Positions 28,561 to 38,053 of a stretch of 48,045 nt of DNA are shown in pieces; position 1 is the first letter of the stretch; each line of letters begins with the position of its first letter. A program made the position numbers and the translations under genes. The stretch is from Lysobacterales bacterium (GTDB lineage Bacteria; Pseudomonadota; Gammaproteobacteria; Xanthomonadales; SZUA-5), in assembly GCA_022844165.1 (NCBI GenBank), contig JALHMH010000036.1:1-48045 (forward strand). Reading direction: 5' to 3'. Below the pieces are notes generated by a model that searched no databases, was not told the origin of the DNA, and worked only from the letters and a program-made list of their open reading frames with translations.

Positions 28561-29095
28561 GGTCGTCTGTAAAGTTATCAAATGCGATTTCTGCGTAGGG
28601 AGTGGTGTTCTGATTTCTCCCAAGCATGTACTGACGTGTGCGCACGTCGTTTCGAATGACTTAACAATTCAATTGAGTGATGGGACTAGCCATCAAGGCA
28701 AGCTTAAGGCGCAGCTGGGTACGCCGCCGATAGTCATTAATGAGAACCTTTGTTCAGAGGTACTCGCAATCATAGAGATCGAAAAAGGCGTTGGTCGCCA
28801 AGCATTTCCCAAAATTTCTAGTGAAATGCCAAATACTGGCGCGGTCGCAGAGCTGCGTGCGTTCAGAAGCGACGGCCGAAGTTTCAGTTCGCAATACGAA
28901 GCTATCGCAATGGGCGAAAGATGCATTCTTTGGGCGGGGCCTCAGACCATGGATGGCCTAAGTGGTGGTGGATACTTTCTCGACGATGAACTTCTGGCGA
29001 TCCATGTCGGATGGGGATATGACCAAGGGCAAGGGCGAACTGCATCTCTTGCCGTTTCTTCTGCGGTTGATTGGATCCGAAATAAAATCAGATAG
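28553..29095 (+). CDS. Small trypsin-like (S1) serine protease
   Basis: GSGVLISPKHVLTCAHVV (His) and GLSGGG (Ser); overlaps the anti-sigma stop. Confidence 0.85.
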   Translation: MIEVVCKVIKCDFCVGSGVLISPKHVLTCAHVVSNDLTIQLSDGTSHQGKLKAQLGTPPIVINENLCSEVLAIIEIEKGVGRQAFPKISSEMPNTGAVAELRAFRSDGRSFSSQYEAIAMGERCILWAGPQTMDGLSGGGYFLDDELLAIHVGWGYDQGQGRTASLAVSSAVDWIRNKIR

Positions 29096-29105
29096 GAGGT
29101 TGGTT

Positions 29106-29648
29106 GTGGGCGATTTCTTCCGCGGGAGTTTGAAATGTCTTTTTTTGAAGAGCGCGTGTGATTTGTTGCCACCTAATAACCGTGGCTGGGAGCTTGTGGC
29201 AGTTAAGGGCGGTAGCGTTCTGAAAGCTGGGGATGATGTCTGTTTCGCACCGAGTTCAAACGCAACGGCCTATGTTTCGATTATGAGGCCACAGGTGCCG
29301 CCGCAGCCACCGCAGCAGATTCTCATCTCTATGAACGTAGCGCTAGGCATGCCGGCTGGTCAGCAAGAATTTCATTGGCTTGAAGGAACGGATGGCAAAT
29401 ATCGGATATTTCTATATCGCTTGGTGTCGGATGAAGCCAGTAAACGTGCGCAATTGCATATCGAGATATTCGACGTTAAAGGCAGTCACGTAAACGACTA
29501 CCCGACGTCTGGCGGGATTACGTATCCACCCAAGTCGGACGCGCAGGCGTTTTTTGCAGCGCGCCTGAAGTCGCCGCCTGGGGAACCCGTCTTGGCTGGC
29601 CAGCCAAACCAGGATGACGAAGGCACTGGCCAGGAGCCCTTTCCCTGA
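29106..29648 (+). CDS. Hypothetical protein (~180 aa) with Pro-rich/acidic C-terminal tail
   Basis: AGGAGG RBS overlapping the protease stop, then GTG 29106; in frame with ORF 28962..29648. Confidence 0.7.
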   Translation: MGDFFRGSLKCLFLKSACDLLPPNNRGWELVAVKGGSVLKAGDDVCFAPSSNATAYVSIMRPQVPPQPPQQILISMNVALGMPAGQQEFHWLEGTDGKYRIFLYRLVSDEASKRAQLHIEIFDVKGSHVNDYPTSGGITYPPKSDAQAFFAARLKSPPGEPVLAGQPNQDDEGTGQEPFP

Positions 29649-29686
29649 TATTTCTCTCGTTTTGGGCGCACTTCGCTGGCGCTGCA

Positions 29687-32494
29687 TTGGCCAGCGAAGT
29701 GCGGTTGAACTGTGGCGATCAAGTTTTGATCGCCGTTTCGCAGCGCGCGATTGTTCAAGCCGATGGTTGGCTTCGGATTCGCGAAACAGGCGTTGATGTG
29801 GGTTGGGGTCATCCGGTCCGGGAGATCAGCGGGCGCCCGCCGAGACTCTCTGAGGTATCGCGCGCGGTCAGCGCTGGTGATGAAACGCCAATCGTCGGTA
29901 AGTCGGGCTTGGCGATTGTGGAGTTGCATTGCGGCACGCATTCGCCATACCTGCAATGCTGGAACCAGGTTCGCACCGCCGCGGATGCAGCCAATGGTCG
30001 AGAACTCGAACGGCTCACCGCTGAGCACGGCACTTGCGGTGCCCTGGCGGAACACGAGCTGGCATTTCTGGTGGCGCGATCGGGTGAGCACGTCCGCGCG
30101 CATGCCATTTATGCTCGACTGGTGACGCGGTGGCAGCAGTTGGGCGAGTTGGATCGTGCTGCCGCCGCAGCGCTCGGACAAACGGAGCAATCGGCGAACG
30201 CTGGGAATTTTTTGCAGGCGCGAGACGAGTCGTTCGTTGCCGAACGAATGAATCTGGCGGTTGGTTTGGATGCATTTGCGCGTCGGGCAAGGGTCACACG
30301 TGCCACGGCATTGGCAAACTCCGGCCAACGAGCGGCCGCGAAGCGGGTTACACTGGCGTTGATCTCCGAATACGAACAGATCGGCGAGTGCAACGAAGCG
30401 GTCAATCTTGGGATCAATGCAGCTCAGATTGCAAACCTTGAGGGCGATATTGTTGGTCTGGATAGCTGGATCGATCGCCTTGCCAGTGCCGATCACTGCC
30501 AGTTGACGCCTGTGGTTCAGAACCGACTGGCTTTAGTACGTGCGCGCGCCGCGACGATACGCGGGGAGTTTGCGCAAGCGATACGAATCTACTCGGATAC
30601 CGTTGCACTCGAGGCCAACGCTGTTCAGCGTTCGCAAATCTACCGCGCCCTCGCGGAACTCTATCGGCAGTTGGGTATGCACACCGAAGCGTACTCTTAC
30701 ATCGCCAGGTCGCTGCGCGAGATCCCGTCCTCAGAGGCTCCTCATCGTGTCGCATGGTCGCTGATGGTGTTGGCATCGATTGACCATGACACTGGGCGTG
30801 GCGAGTCTTCCGCGCAATGGCTCCGGTCTGCCAATCAGATATTCACTTCACTCGGTCTCGATGACGAATCGGCGCTGTCCCGCATGTGGTTGGCGCAAGT
30901 CGAGTTGCTGAGTGGGGGAACAGAATCGGCGCGTGCTCTACTCGACCATCAATCGGGAACACGCAACCGCGTACGAGCCTGTCTACTTGAAGCCGAAATT
31001 CTTCGGGTCGAAGGCAATCTCGCGGCGGCTCGAACCACGCTTGCCTCGCACAAATGCGTACCTTTGGCGCTGGACGATATCTTGATGCATGCGGCGACGT
31101 TATCGCAGTCAGTGTCCATCGAGGCAGAGGCCAATGCGGCAACGCTCGCCGCAGCACGTCGTATCGAATCGCTGGTGGCAGGCGCGCATCCTGCGCTTCA
31201 GTTTGCGGCTCTGAGGCGTGCTGCGACGCTGCGCGATGCGGCCACGGCGCGGCCTCTTGGTCGCGCCGAAAACCTTGCCAATCTCATTCTGGCCACCCAT
31301 CCGTATCGTCAATCTCATGGACCGCGTTCGGCGGAGGCGGTTTCCCCAGCATTCGGCTTATGGCTGCTCAACGATGTTGTCAGTCCGGCCGCTAAGGAAA
31401 ACAGTGACCGTGCGGTATTGAAGGCGCTGGGCCAGGAGAATCAAGGCGATTCGACGCCAATTGAAATTTCCGATGTTCGGCGATCTCTTGGTGAGCGAGA
31501 GTGGATGCTGATGATTTCTTTGGGTGATCGACAAAGTGCAGCCATCTGGATGTCGAGAAACGAGCTGCTGCTTTCACCTCTGCCAGGTCGCAGCGTACTC
31601 GTCGGCCAGGTAGAGAACCTCCACTCGGCGTTGTTACGGCGGCAGGGTGCCGAACTCGACGTCGCCATTGAGCGTCTGTCTTCGACTCTGATGAGCACCG
31701 CACCAGCTCTTCGCGAACGGCTGCTCATCCTGGCAGATGATCGGCTGGGTTTGATCCCGTGGTCCGTGCTGGAGGCTGACGGTAAGCCACTCATCGAAAA
31801 AACATCTATCAGTTGGATATCTAGTCTGACGGTTCAGACATCACCTCACCCCCTGATTGACGCCGCTACAGCCATTGTTGCCTCCAATGTTGGGCCGGGC
31901 GCCAGCAACAGGCTTGCACCGCTCTATAGCGCGGTTCACGAAACCGATCTCTTGTCGTTGTCGTTGCCCAGGCTCAAGTTGGAGGCCCTCACTGCGTCTA
32001 AGGCGACGCCAGAAGCGCTGCAACGAGCGTTGATGAGCTCGGGTCGATTGGTACACGTTGCAGCCCACGGGTACTCAAGTCCTCAGGAAATGGGCTACGC
32101 AGGCCTGTGGCTTGCGCCGGACGCGATCGGTGGAGAACCACAATTTATGTCATGGATGGATGTTGCAACATCGCCGCTCAACGCGAGTTTGGCTGTGCTC
32201 AACGCATGTCAGCTTGCGGCAGGATCGACGACGGTCAGCACGCCGAGTTTCGCGCTCGCGGTATCGACAGCTGGCGTGCAAAATGTCATCGCTGCCGCCT
32301 GGCCAGTGAGCGATGCAGCGACCAACGTCTGGGTGCCTGCGTTCTACCATGCGCTTGATCTGAACGATCCGTCCAGCAGTGCTGAAGCGCTGCGCCATGC
32401 GCAGCTTGCCTTGCGAAACTCCCGGTACTTTCGTCATCCCTACTATTGGGCATCGCTGGCGCACTATCGACAGTTGGGAATCAAACCGCCTTAG
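29687..32494 (+). CDS. TPR-like + CHAT (caspase HetF-associated) protease
   Basis: Helical Ala-rich repeats followed by CHAT motifs LIPWSVL, VHVAAHG (His), VLNAC (Cys), WPVSD, AEALRHAQL and HPYYWA. The true start may lie upstream (see findings). Confidence 0.92.
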   Translation: MASEVRLNCGDQVLIAVSQRAIVQADGWLRIRETGVDVGWGHPVREISGRPPRLSEVSRAVSAGDETPIVGKSGLAIVELHCGTHSPYLQCWNQVRTAADAANGRELERLTAEHGTCGALAEHELAFLVARSGEHVRAHAIYARLVTRWQQLGELDRAAAAALGQTEQSANAGNFLQARDESFVAERMNLAVGLDAFARRARVTRATALANSGQRAAAKRVTLALISEYEQIGECNEAVNLGINAAQIANLEGDIVGLDSWIDRLASADHCQLTPVVQNRLALVRARAATIRGEFAQAIRIYSDTVALEANAVQRSQIYRALAELYRQLGMHTEAYSYIARSLREIPSSEAPHRVAWSLMVLASIDHDTGRGESSAQWLRSANQIFTSLGLDDESALSRMWLAQVELLSGGTESARALLDHQSGTRNRVRACLLEAEILRVEGNLAAARTTLASHKCVPLALDDILMHAATLSQSVSIEAEANAATLAAARRIESLVAGAHPALQFAALRRAATLRDAATARPLGRAENLANLILATHPYRQSHGPRSAEAVSPAFGLWLLNDVVSPAAKENSDRAVLKALGQENQGDSTPIEISDVRRSLGEREWMLMISLGDRQSAAIWMSRNELLLSPLPGRSVLVGQVENLHSALLRRQGAELDVAIERLSSTLMSTAPALRERLLILADDRLGLIPWSVLEADGKPLIEKTSISWISSLTVQTSPHPLIDAATAIVASNVGPGASNRLAPLYSAVHETDLLSLSLPRLKLEALTASKATPEALQRALMSSGRLVHVAAHGYSSPQEMGYAGLWLAPDAIGGEPQFMSWMDVATSPLNASLAVLNACQLAAGSTTVSTPSFALAVSTAGVQNVIAAAWPVSDAATNVWVPAFYHALDLNDPSSSAEALRHAQLALRNSRYFRHPYYWASLAHYRQLGIKPP

Positions 32495-32510
32495 CCACTT
32501 TGCAGAAGTT

Positions 32511-32542
32511 CCCTCCCGCAGCGCAAGCTCGCCGCGGGAGGG
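32511..32542. terminator. GC-rich hairpin between convergent genes (terminator or REP-like)
   Basis: CCCTCCCGC...GCGGGAGGG 9-bp stem; no strong U-tract. Confidence 0.4.
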
Positions 32543-32553
32543 TTGCTCTGGCC

Positions 32554-33945
32554 TCAATCCCCGCCCGGCAGCGTCGCCAGGTCTTCGGCCTGGAGCTGAA
32601 GATTGTTGGCGAGATTGAGCAGGTCGGTCATGGTGAAACGGCCTTTTTGCGCGCTGGGGAGGGTGGGGGTCCAGCCGGGTTTTTGCGCGAGGAAGGAGGC
32701 GCGATCGGCGAGCATCAGGGCGACAAAAACGCCGGCGACGATTTCGGCACCCACGCCTGCGAGTCGATGGCCAGCGGCGCGGACTTCGGCTTCGCGCAAA
32801 CAGTAGAACCACAGTGGGCCTTCGCCGCTGCCGCCCTTGACGTCTTTCCACAGCTCTTTGGCCTTGAGCTTGGGAATGTCGAGGAAATCGGCCACGTCGT
32901 CGCCGGACGGCAAGTTTGCGTCCAGTCCGCGCTGCAGGTTACGGATGGCCAACGAGCGCTGATGCGCGGGCACGCCAGGTGGAATGACCGAGTTGGGCAG
33001 GTTCAGCAGGGTGGATGACAGCCGGATATCGATCAACTTACTGGGCTGGGCGTTCGTGCCAAAAAAGGCGGCCCAGTTGACTTGCCGGTCCGGGGGAATG
33101 ATCCGGCCACCGCCCAGGTGGGGGATGTTGTCCGGGTCTGCTGGGAACAAGATCGCGCCGCCAGTACCAATGCCGCCATAACCGGGGCGGACTTGACTGT
33201 GGCCGAACCGATAGGCGGCCACGCTGAATTCGACGGGCATGAAGGGCTCGCGCGGAAAGCGGAAGCGCGGCTTTTGCAGCATGCGCTTGACCGTCTTGCT
33301 GCCGACCAGCCGCGGCAGGAATTCGTGCAACACCATCCATTGGTAATGCCAGCGCACTAATTTCTGCGCGGCTTCGAAGCGCGACGGACCGGATTGACTC
33401 GCATCAGTGTGCTTTTCGAACACCGCGTTGTGGAACTTGAGAAAACTCGTGTGCAATTGCGAAATGATGCCGTTTTCATCGTTGCGCGGATCGCCGATCA
33501 GCGCCACCTCTTGAAAGTTGCGCGGCACATCGTTGCCGTTTTCGCCGATCAGGAAGCGAAACGGCTTGGTTTTGTCGTAAAGCCAGGGTTGCGCGCCAGG
33601 CCCCAGTCCATAAAGTGAATCCAACTCAAAGGCTGGCGTGCGAAAGTTGCGCGTGGCTTGCAGGTCGATCTGCTGCTCGAGAATCGAGGTCGGATCGAAA
33701 GTGAGATCATGATCGACGAACTGGCCGAGAAAGGTATAGCCAGCTTTGATGCGCGGATTGTCCTGGCTGGTGTCTGTGGGAGGTGGGCTGCCACCGTCCA
33801 TGGGCCCACCGGCGGCGCCGAGTACCGCTGGCTCCGGCGACATTTTTTTCTGTGTTCTTAGCTCCGGAAAAAGACGCCCGAACCGCCCGGTGTCCGCAAA
33901 CCGCCCCCGTGGTACGTTCGATCCACGGTCTTGATAACCATGCAT
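32554..33945 (-). CDS. Heme peroxidase, peroxidase-cyclooxygenase ('animal heme peroxidase') superfamily
   Basis: GQFVDHD (distal His), GDPRNDEN (distal Arg) and YRFGHS (proximal His). GAGG RBS; no signal peptide evident. Confidence 0.92.
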   Translation of the reverse strand: MHGYQDRGSNVPRGRFADTGRFGRLFPELRTQKKMSPEPAVLGAAGGPMDGGSPPPTDTSQDNPRIKAGYTFLGQFVDHDLTFDPTSILEQQIDLQATRNFRTPAFELDSLYGLGPGAQPWLYDKTKPFRFLIGENGNDVPRNFQEVALIGDPRNDENGIISQLHTSFLKFHNAVFEKHTDASQSGPSRFEAAQKLVRWHYQWMVLHEFLPRLVGSKTVKRMLQKPRFRFPREPFMPVEFSVAAYRFGHSQVRPGYGGIGTGGAILFPADPDNIPHLGGGRIIPPDRQVNWAAFFGTNAQPSKLIDIRLSSTLLNLPNSVIPPGVPAHQRSLAIRNLQRGLDANLPSGDDVADFLDIPKLKAKELWKDVKGGSGEGPLWFYCLREAEVRAAGHRLAGVGAEIVAGVFVALMLADRASFLAQKPGWTPTLPSAQKGRFTMTDLLNLANNLQLQAEDLATLPGGD

Positions 33946-34041
33946 AACTCACCTCGTCTGTCAGTTGATGCCCGCCCGTTAGCGGCGCACCACTCAAGGA
34001 GCGATCGAGGCGCAAAATGTCTCAGTGACGCCGATGGTCTC

Positions 34042-34650
34042 TCACCCCACCATCGCGCCCCAGCGGTTGACGATAGTGCAGAACAATTCTGCGGTTTGTT
34101 CGGCGTCGTACACTGCCGAGTGCGCCTGCCCGGCGTCCCATTCGATGCCTGCGGCTTTCAGCGCTTTGGCGAGCACGGTTTGGCCGTAGGCCAAGGCAGC
34201 GAGGCTGACGGTGTCGAAAGTGCTGAACGGATGGAACGGCGAGCGCTTGTGGCCGGTGCGGGCAATGGCGGCATTCAAGAAATTCAGATCGAACGCAGCG
34301 TTGTGGCCAACCAGAATGGTGCGCTGACAGCCGTACGACTTCTGCGCCTTGCGAACGGGATCGAAGATGGCATCCAGTGCTTCGCGTTCGGGCAGTGCGC
34401 CGCGCAACGGGTGAAATGGATCGGGGATGCCGATGACTTCGAGCGCCTTGGGATCGAACCTGGCGCCGTCGAACGGCAACACGTGCGCGGCAACTGTGGC
34501 GCCACGGACCAGTCGCCCCTCCCGCCAATCCAACATGACCGCGGCGATTTCCAGGAGCGCGTGCTGGGTATGGTCAAAACCGCCGCATTCGACATCCACG
34601 ACGACAGGATAAAAACCACGAAAACGTTCGGCGAGCGTGAGGTCGTTCAA
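34042..34650 (-). CDS. rnt: Ribonuclease T
   Basis: Motifs [26 protein letters not shown] and AHSAVYDAE. Confidence 0.96.
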   Translation of the reverse strand: MNDLTLAERFRGFYPVVVDVECGGFDHTQHALLEIAAVMLDWREGRLVRGATVAAHVLPFDGARFDPKALEVIGIPDPFHPLRGALPEREALDAIFDPVRKAQKSYGCQRTILVGHNAAFDLNFLNAAIARTGHKRSPFHPFSTFDTVSLAALAYGQTVLAKALKAAGIEWDAGQAHSAVYDAEQTAELFCTIVNRWGAMVG

Positions 34651-36887
34651 CCGACGATCTCCAGGCGATCGACGCGCTGCAAACCGCGCGGCAGTAAGCC
34701 GCCGCGTTGTGCGCGAGTCCCGCGATACGCATCGAGATCGCTGCCTTTCAGGCGCGTGATGCGCCCGCCAGCCACAACCACCAGCTCCTGGTTGGGTTGG
34801 AATGCGGCGATCGCCAGCATCGAGCCGCCGGCTTCCCGTTTGCTTGCCGGCAGGTTGATGATCTTGTTGCCTTTGCCTTTGTCCAATTCTGGTAGCTCGC
34901 TCAATGGAAACACCAACAAGTGTCCGTCGCTGGTGACGGCGGCCACCAGGGCGCTGCTCACAGCGCCCGGCACCACGATCGGCTCGACAACATCGCTGCC
35001 CTCGGGCACGGTCAATACCTGTTTGCCAGCTCGATTGCGCGACACCAGTGCTTCGAGTTTGGTCACGAATCCATAACCGGCGCTCGTGGCAAGCACCAGC
35101 GCGTTGTTTTCGTCACCGGCGATCGCTGACAAAAAACGCGCCCCGCTCGGCGGATCGAAGCGGCCGGTCAACGGCTCGCCCTGGCCGCGCGCACTGGGCA
35201 GTGTTTGTGCGATACACGAATACGCGCGGCCGGTACTGTCCAGGAAAATTGCATGTTGATTGCTGCGACCGCGCGCACTGGCGAGATACCGATCGCCCTC
35301 GCGGTAGCTCAACTGAGCGGGATCGATGTCGAACCCCTTGGCGGCCCGGGCCCAACCTTTTTCGCTCAGGATCACTGTCACCGGTTCGGAAGGTGTCAAA
35401 TCCGACTCGCTGAGCGCTTTGGCTTGTTCGCGTTCGACCAGCGGCGAGCGGCGATCGTCGCCAAAGGCTTTTGCGTCGGCTTCGAGCTCTTTTTTGATCA
35501 AGTTCTTGAGCTTGGTCTTCGACGCCAAAATGGCGTTGAGATCGGCTTGTTCCCTGGCGAGTTCTTGTTGTTCGCCCCGAATCTTCATTTCTTCCAGCCG
35601 CGCCAGTTGCCGCAGTCTGGTCTCGAGAATGTACTCGGCTTGAGCATCCGTCAGCGCGAATCGCGCCATCAAAACGGGCTTGGGCTCATCTTCGGAGCGG
35701 ACGATGCGGATCACTTCGTCGAGGTTCAAGAATGCGATCAGCAAACCTTCCAACAGGTGCAGCCGCTTCTCGATTTTTTCGACGCGATGGGTGATCCGTC
35801 GTTTGACGGTATCGGTGCGGAACACCAGCCATTCGCTCAGCATGGCCTTGAGCGCCTTGACCTGCGGGCGTCCGTCGAGGCCGATCACGTTAAGGTTGGC
35901 GCGATAGCTCTTTTCCAGATCGGTCGTTGCGAAAAGATGCTGCATCAGCTCATCAACATCGACGCGATTACTGCGCGGCATGATGACAATGCGCACCGGT
36001 TGGCGGTGATCGCCTTCATCGCGCAAATCCTCCACCATCGGCAGTTTTTTCGCTTTGATCTGTTCAGCGATCTGCTCCATGATTTTGGTTGGCGACACCT
36101 GAAACGGCAGCGCGGTGATCACAATGTTGCCGTTTTCGCGTACGTAGACGGCGCGCGCGCGCAGCGAGCCATTGCCGGTTTCGTAGAGCTTCAGCAGTTC
36201 GGATCGCGGTGTGATGATCTCCGCCGCCGTGGGGTAATCCGGCCCGCGCACATGTTCGCAAAGATCAGCCGTCGTTGCCTCGGGATCATCCAACAGGCGA
36301 ATGCAGGCGCTGACGATCTCGCGAAGATTGTGCGGCGGAATGTCGGTGGCCATGCCGACGGCGATGCCCGTAGTGCCATTGAGCAGCACGTTCGGCAAGC
36401 GCGACGGCAACCACGATGGTTCCTCTCGGCTGCCGTCGTAGTTCGGTTCCCATTCGACCGTGCCTTGTCCCAACTCATCGAGCAGGACTTTGGCGTACTG
36501 CGTGAGTTTCGATTCGGTATAGCGCATCGCCGCGAAGCTCTTCGGATCGTCCTGCGAACCGAAGTTGCCCTGACCGTCGATCAACGGATAGCGATAGCTG
36601 AAGGGCTGGGCCATCAGTACCAGCGCGTCGTAACAAGCAGAGTCGCCGTGCGGGTGATAGTTGCCGATCACATCGCCAACGGTTTTTGCGCACTTGCGGT
36701 GTTTGGCCTGGAAGCTCAAACCCAGATCGCTCATCGCGTACAGTATGCGTCGTTGTACCGGTTTCAAGCCGTCGCCGATGAAGGGCAGGGCGCGGTCGAG
36801 CACCACATACATCGAGTAGTCGAGGTAGGCCTTCTCGGCATAATCCTTGAGCGGAATCTGCTCATACGGGACAATTTCCGTGACCAT
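34647..36887 (-). CDS. parC: DNA topoisomerase IV subunit A
   Basis: Motifs [25 protein letters not shown] and [10 protein letters not shown]; ~746 aa, no GyrA box. Confidence 0.96.
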   Translation of the reverse strand: MVTEIVPYEQIPLKDYAEKAYLDYSMYVVLDRALPFIGDGLKPVQRRILYAMSDLGLSFQAKHRKCAKTVGDVIGNYHPHGDSACYDALVLMAQPFSYRYPLIDGQGNFGSQDDPKSFAAMRYTESKLTQYAKVLLDELGQGTVEWEPNYDGSREEPSWLPSRLPNVLLNGTTGIAVGMATDIPPHNLREIVSACIRLLDDPEATTADLCEHVRGPDYPTAAEIITPRSELLKLYETGNGSLRARAVYVRENGNIVITALPFQVSPTKIMEQIAEQIKAKKLPMVEDLRDEGDHRQPVRIVIMPRSNRVDVDELMQHLFATTDLEKSYRANLNVIGLDGRPQVKALKAMLSEWLVFRTDTVKRRITHRVEKIEKRLHLLEGLLIAFLNLDEVIRIVRSEDEPKPVLMARFALTDAQAEYILETRLRQLARLEEMKIRGEQQELAREQADLNAILASKTKLKNLIKKELEADAKAFGDDRRSPLVEREQAKALSESDLTPSEPVTVILSEKGWARAAKGFDIDPAQLSYREGDRYLASARGRSNQHAIFLDSTGRAYSCIAQTLPSARGQGEPLTGRFDPPSGARFLSAIAGDENNALVLATSAGYGFVTKLEALVSRNRAGKQVLTVPEGSDVVEPIVVPGAVSSALVAAVTSDGHLLVFPLSELPELDKGKGNKIINLPASKREAGGSMLAIAAFQPNQELVVVAGGRITRLKGSDLDAYRGTRAQRGGLLPRGLQRVDRLEIVG

Positions 36888-36949
36888 GCGTGGTTTCGCA
36901 TCCAACTGAACGAAGCCCGCCAATCTAGCGCATCTTCGTGTGTCTACGG

Positions 36950-36979
36950 TTGACGGAGAAAGAACCGCACGGCTATCGT
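36950..36979 (+). promoter_or_regulatory. Possible sigma70 promoter of tRNA-Val
   Basis: TTGACG-N18-TATCGT ending ~33 bp upstream of the tRNA. Confidence 0.45.
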
Positions 36980-37012
36980 TCACGGCTCTCGTTGGTTCGT
37001 CCGAACCACTAC

Positions 37013-37087
37013 GGGCGGTTAGCTCAGCGGTAGAGCACTGCTTTCACACGGCAGGGGTCACTGGTTCGATCCCAGTACCGCCCACCA
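37013..37087 (+). tRNA. tRNA-Val (anticodon CAC)
   Basis: GGGCGGT/ACCGCCC acceptor stem, D arm GCTC/GAGC, anticodon loop TT-CAC-AC, TTCGAT T-loop and encoded CCA; 75 nt. Confidence 0.97.
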
Positions 37088-37150
37088 GATTCGTTTCGAT
37101 TCGCGATCACGCCCGATTTGCAGATCAGCGCTTCGCAACCGGCTCTTTGG

Positions 37151-38053
37151 CTACTTCTCGCGTTTCGCGCGAGGGTGCGCTTTGTCGTATACCTCGGCCA
37201 GATGTTGGAAATTCAGATGCGTGTACACCTGAGTCGTGGCGATGTTCTGGTGTCCCAGCATTTCCTGCACACCGCGTAAATCGCCGCTCGACTCGAGTAC
37301 GTGGCTGGCGAACGAATGCCGCAGCAGATGCGGATGCACGCGTTGCCAAAGGCCTTGTTGTTTTGCCCAGTGTGCGACGCGTTTCTGAATTCCGCGCGGC
37401 GATAACGCGCCGCCCCGGCCGTTGCCGAAAACGGGCGCCTCGGGTGCGCTATGCAACGCCGCAAGTTCGCGCAAGGCGACGACGGCAGGCCGGCCCACAG
37501 GCACGATGCGCGTTTTGTTGCCCTTGCCCAGAACCCGGACCGATCCTTCGCTCAGATCGAGATCCTGCCAGCGCAACGCAGCAACTTCGCCCAGGCGCAA
37601 TCCGGCCGAGTAGAACAACTCGAGCATCGCGCGATCGCGCACCGACAACGGCTCGCTGGCCTCAATTTCGACCAACTGCGTGGTCGCATCGGCGTCGAGT
37701 ATGGCGGGCAGGCGTTTGTTGGGTTTGGGCGTGCGCAGACCCGTTGTCGGATTGTCGTCGATCAGCGCATTGCGTTTTGCCCAGCCCATCAGCGAACGCA
37801 AGCTGGCCGCCGCCAGAGCGATCGACCGCGGCGATTGGCCGGCACGATGCAGACCCGTCAGGTATGCCTGCAGATGATGCCGCTCTGCGTCGCCTAACGT
37901 CGTGGCGACCAGTGCCAGTGTATCGATGGCCTTCTCCAGCTGAAATCGATACGTGCGCAGCGTTTGCGGCGAGTAGCGCTTTTCGACGCGCAGGTGGTCG
38001 AGGAAGGCTGTGAGTGCCTGTGGCCAGTCCAGGGCGATCTGCGTGGCGATCAA
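37151..38053 (-). CDS. xerC: Tyrosine recombinase XerC
   Basis: Motifs GLRLGE, GKGNK, HPHLLRHSFASH, LGH and TTQVY; dapF-DUF484-xerC context. TTG start overlaps the DUF484 stop. Confidence 0.95.
   Translation of the reverse strand: MIATQIALDWPQALTAFLDHLRVEKRYSPQTLRTYRFQLEKAIDTLALVATTLGDAERHHLQAYLTGLHRAGQSPRSIALAAASLRSLMGWAKRNALIDDNPTTGLRTPKPNKRLPAILDADATTQLVEIEASEPLSVRDRAMLELFYSAGLRLGEVAALRWQDLDLSEGSVRVLGKGNKTRIVPVGRPAVVALRELAALHSAPEAPVFGNGRGGALSPRGIQKRVAHWAKQQGLWQRVHPHLLRHSFASHVLESSGDLRGVQEMLGHQNIATTQVYTHLNFQHLAEVYDKAHPRAKREK

Noticed and set aside
29106-29648. Orphan protein as a bacterial gasdermin
   Set aside because: The protease-rich context fits, but it is short (~180 aa) and I see no gasdermin sequence features. 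A structure search would be needed.
36625-36660. ParC QRDR variant (HGDSACYD, Asp where E. coli has Glu84) as quinolone resistance
   Set aside because: The change is conservative and the Ser80 equivalent is intact; most likely natural variation.
37013-38053. Prophage or island integrase at tRNA-Val
   Set aside because: The recombinase is XerC in its normal dapF operon, and no duplicated tRNA 3' end or phage genes were seen.
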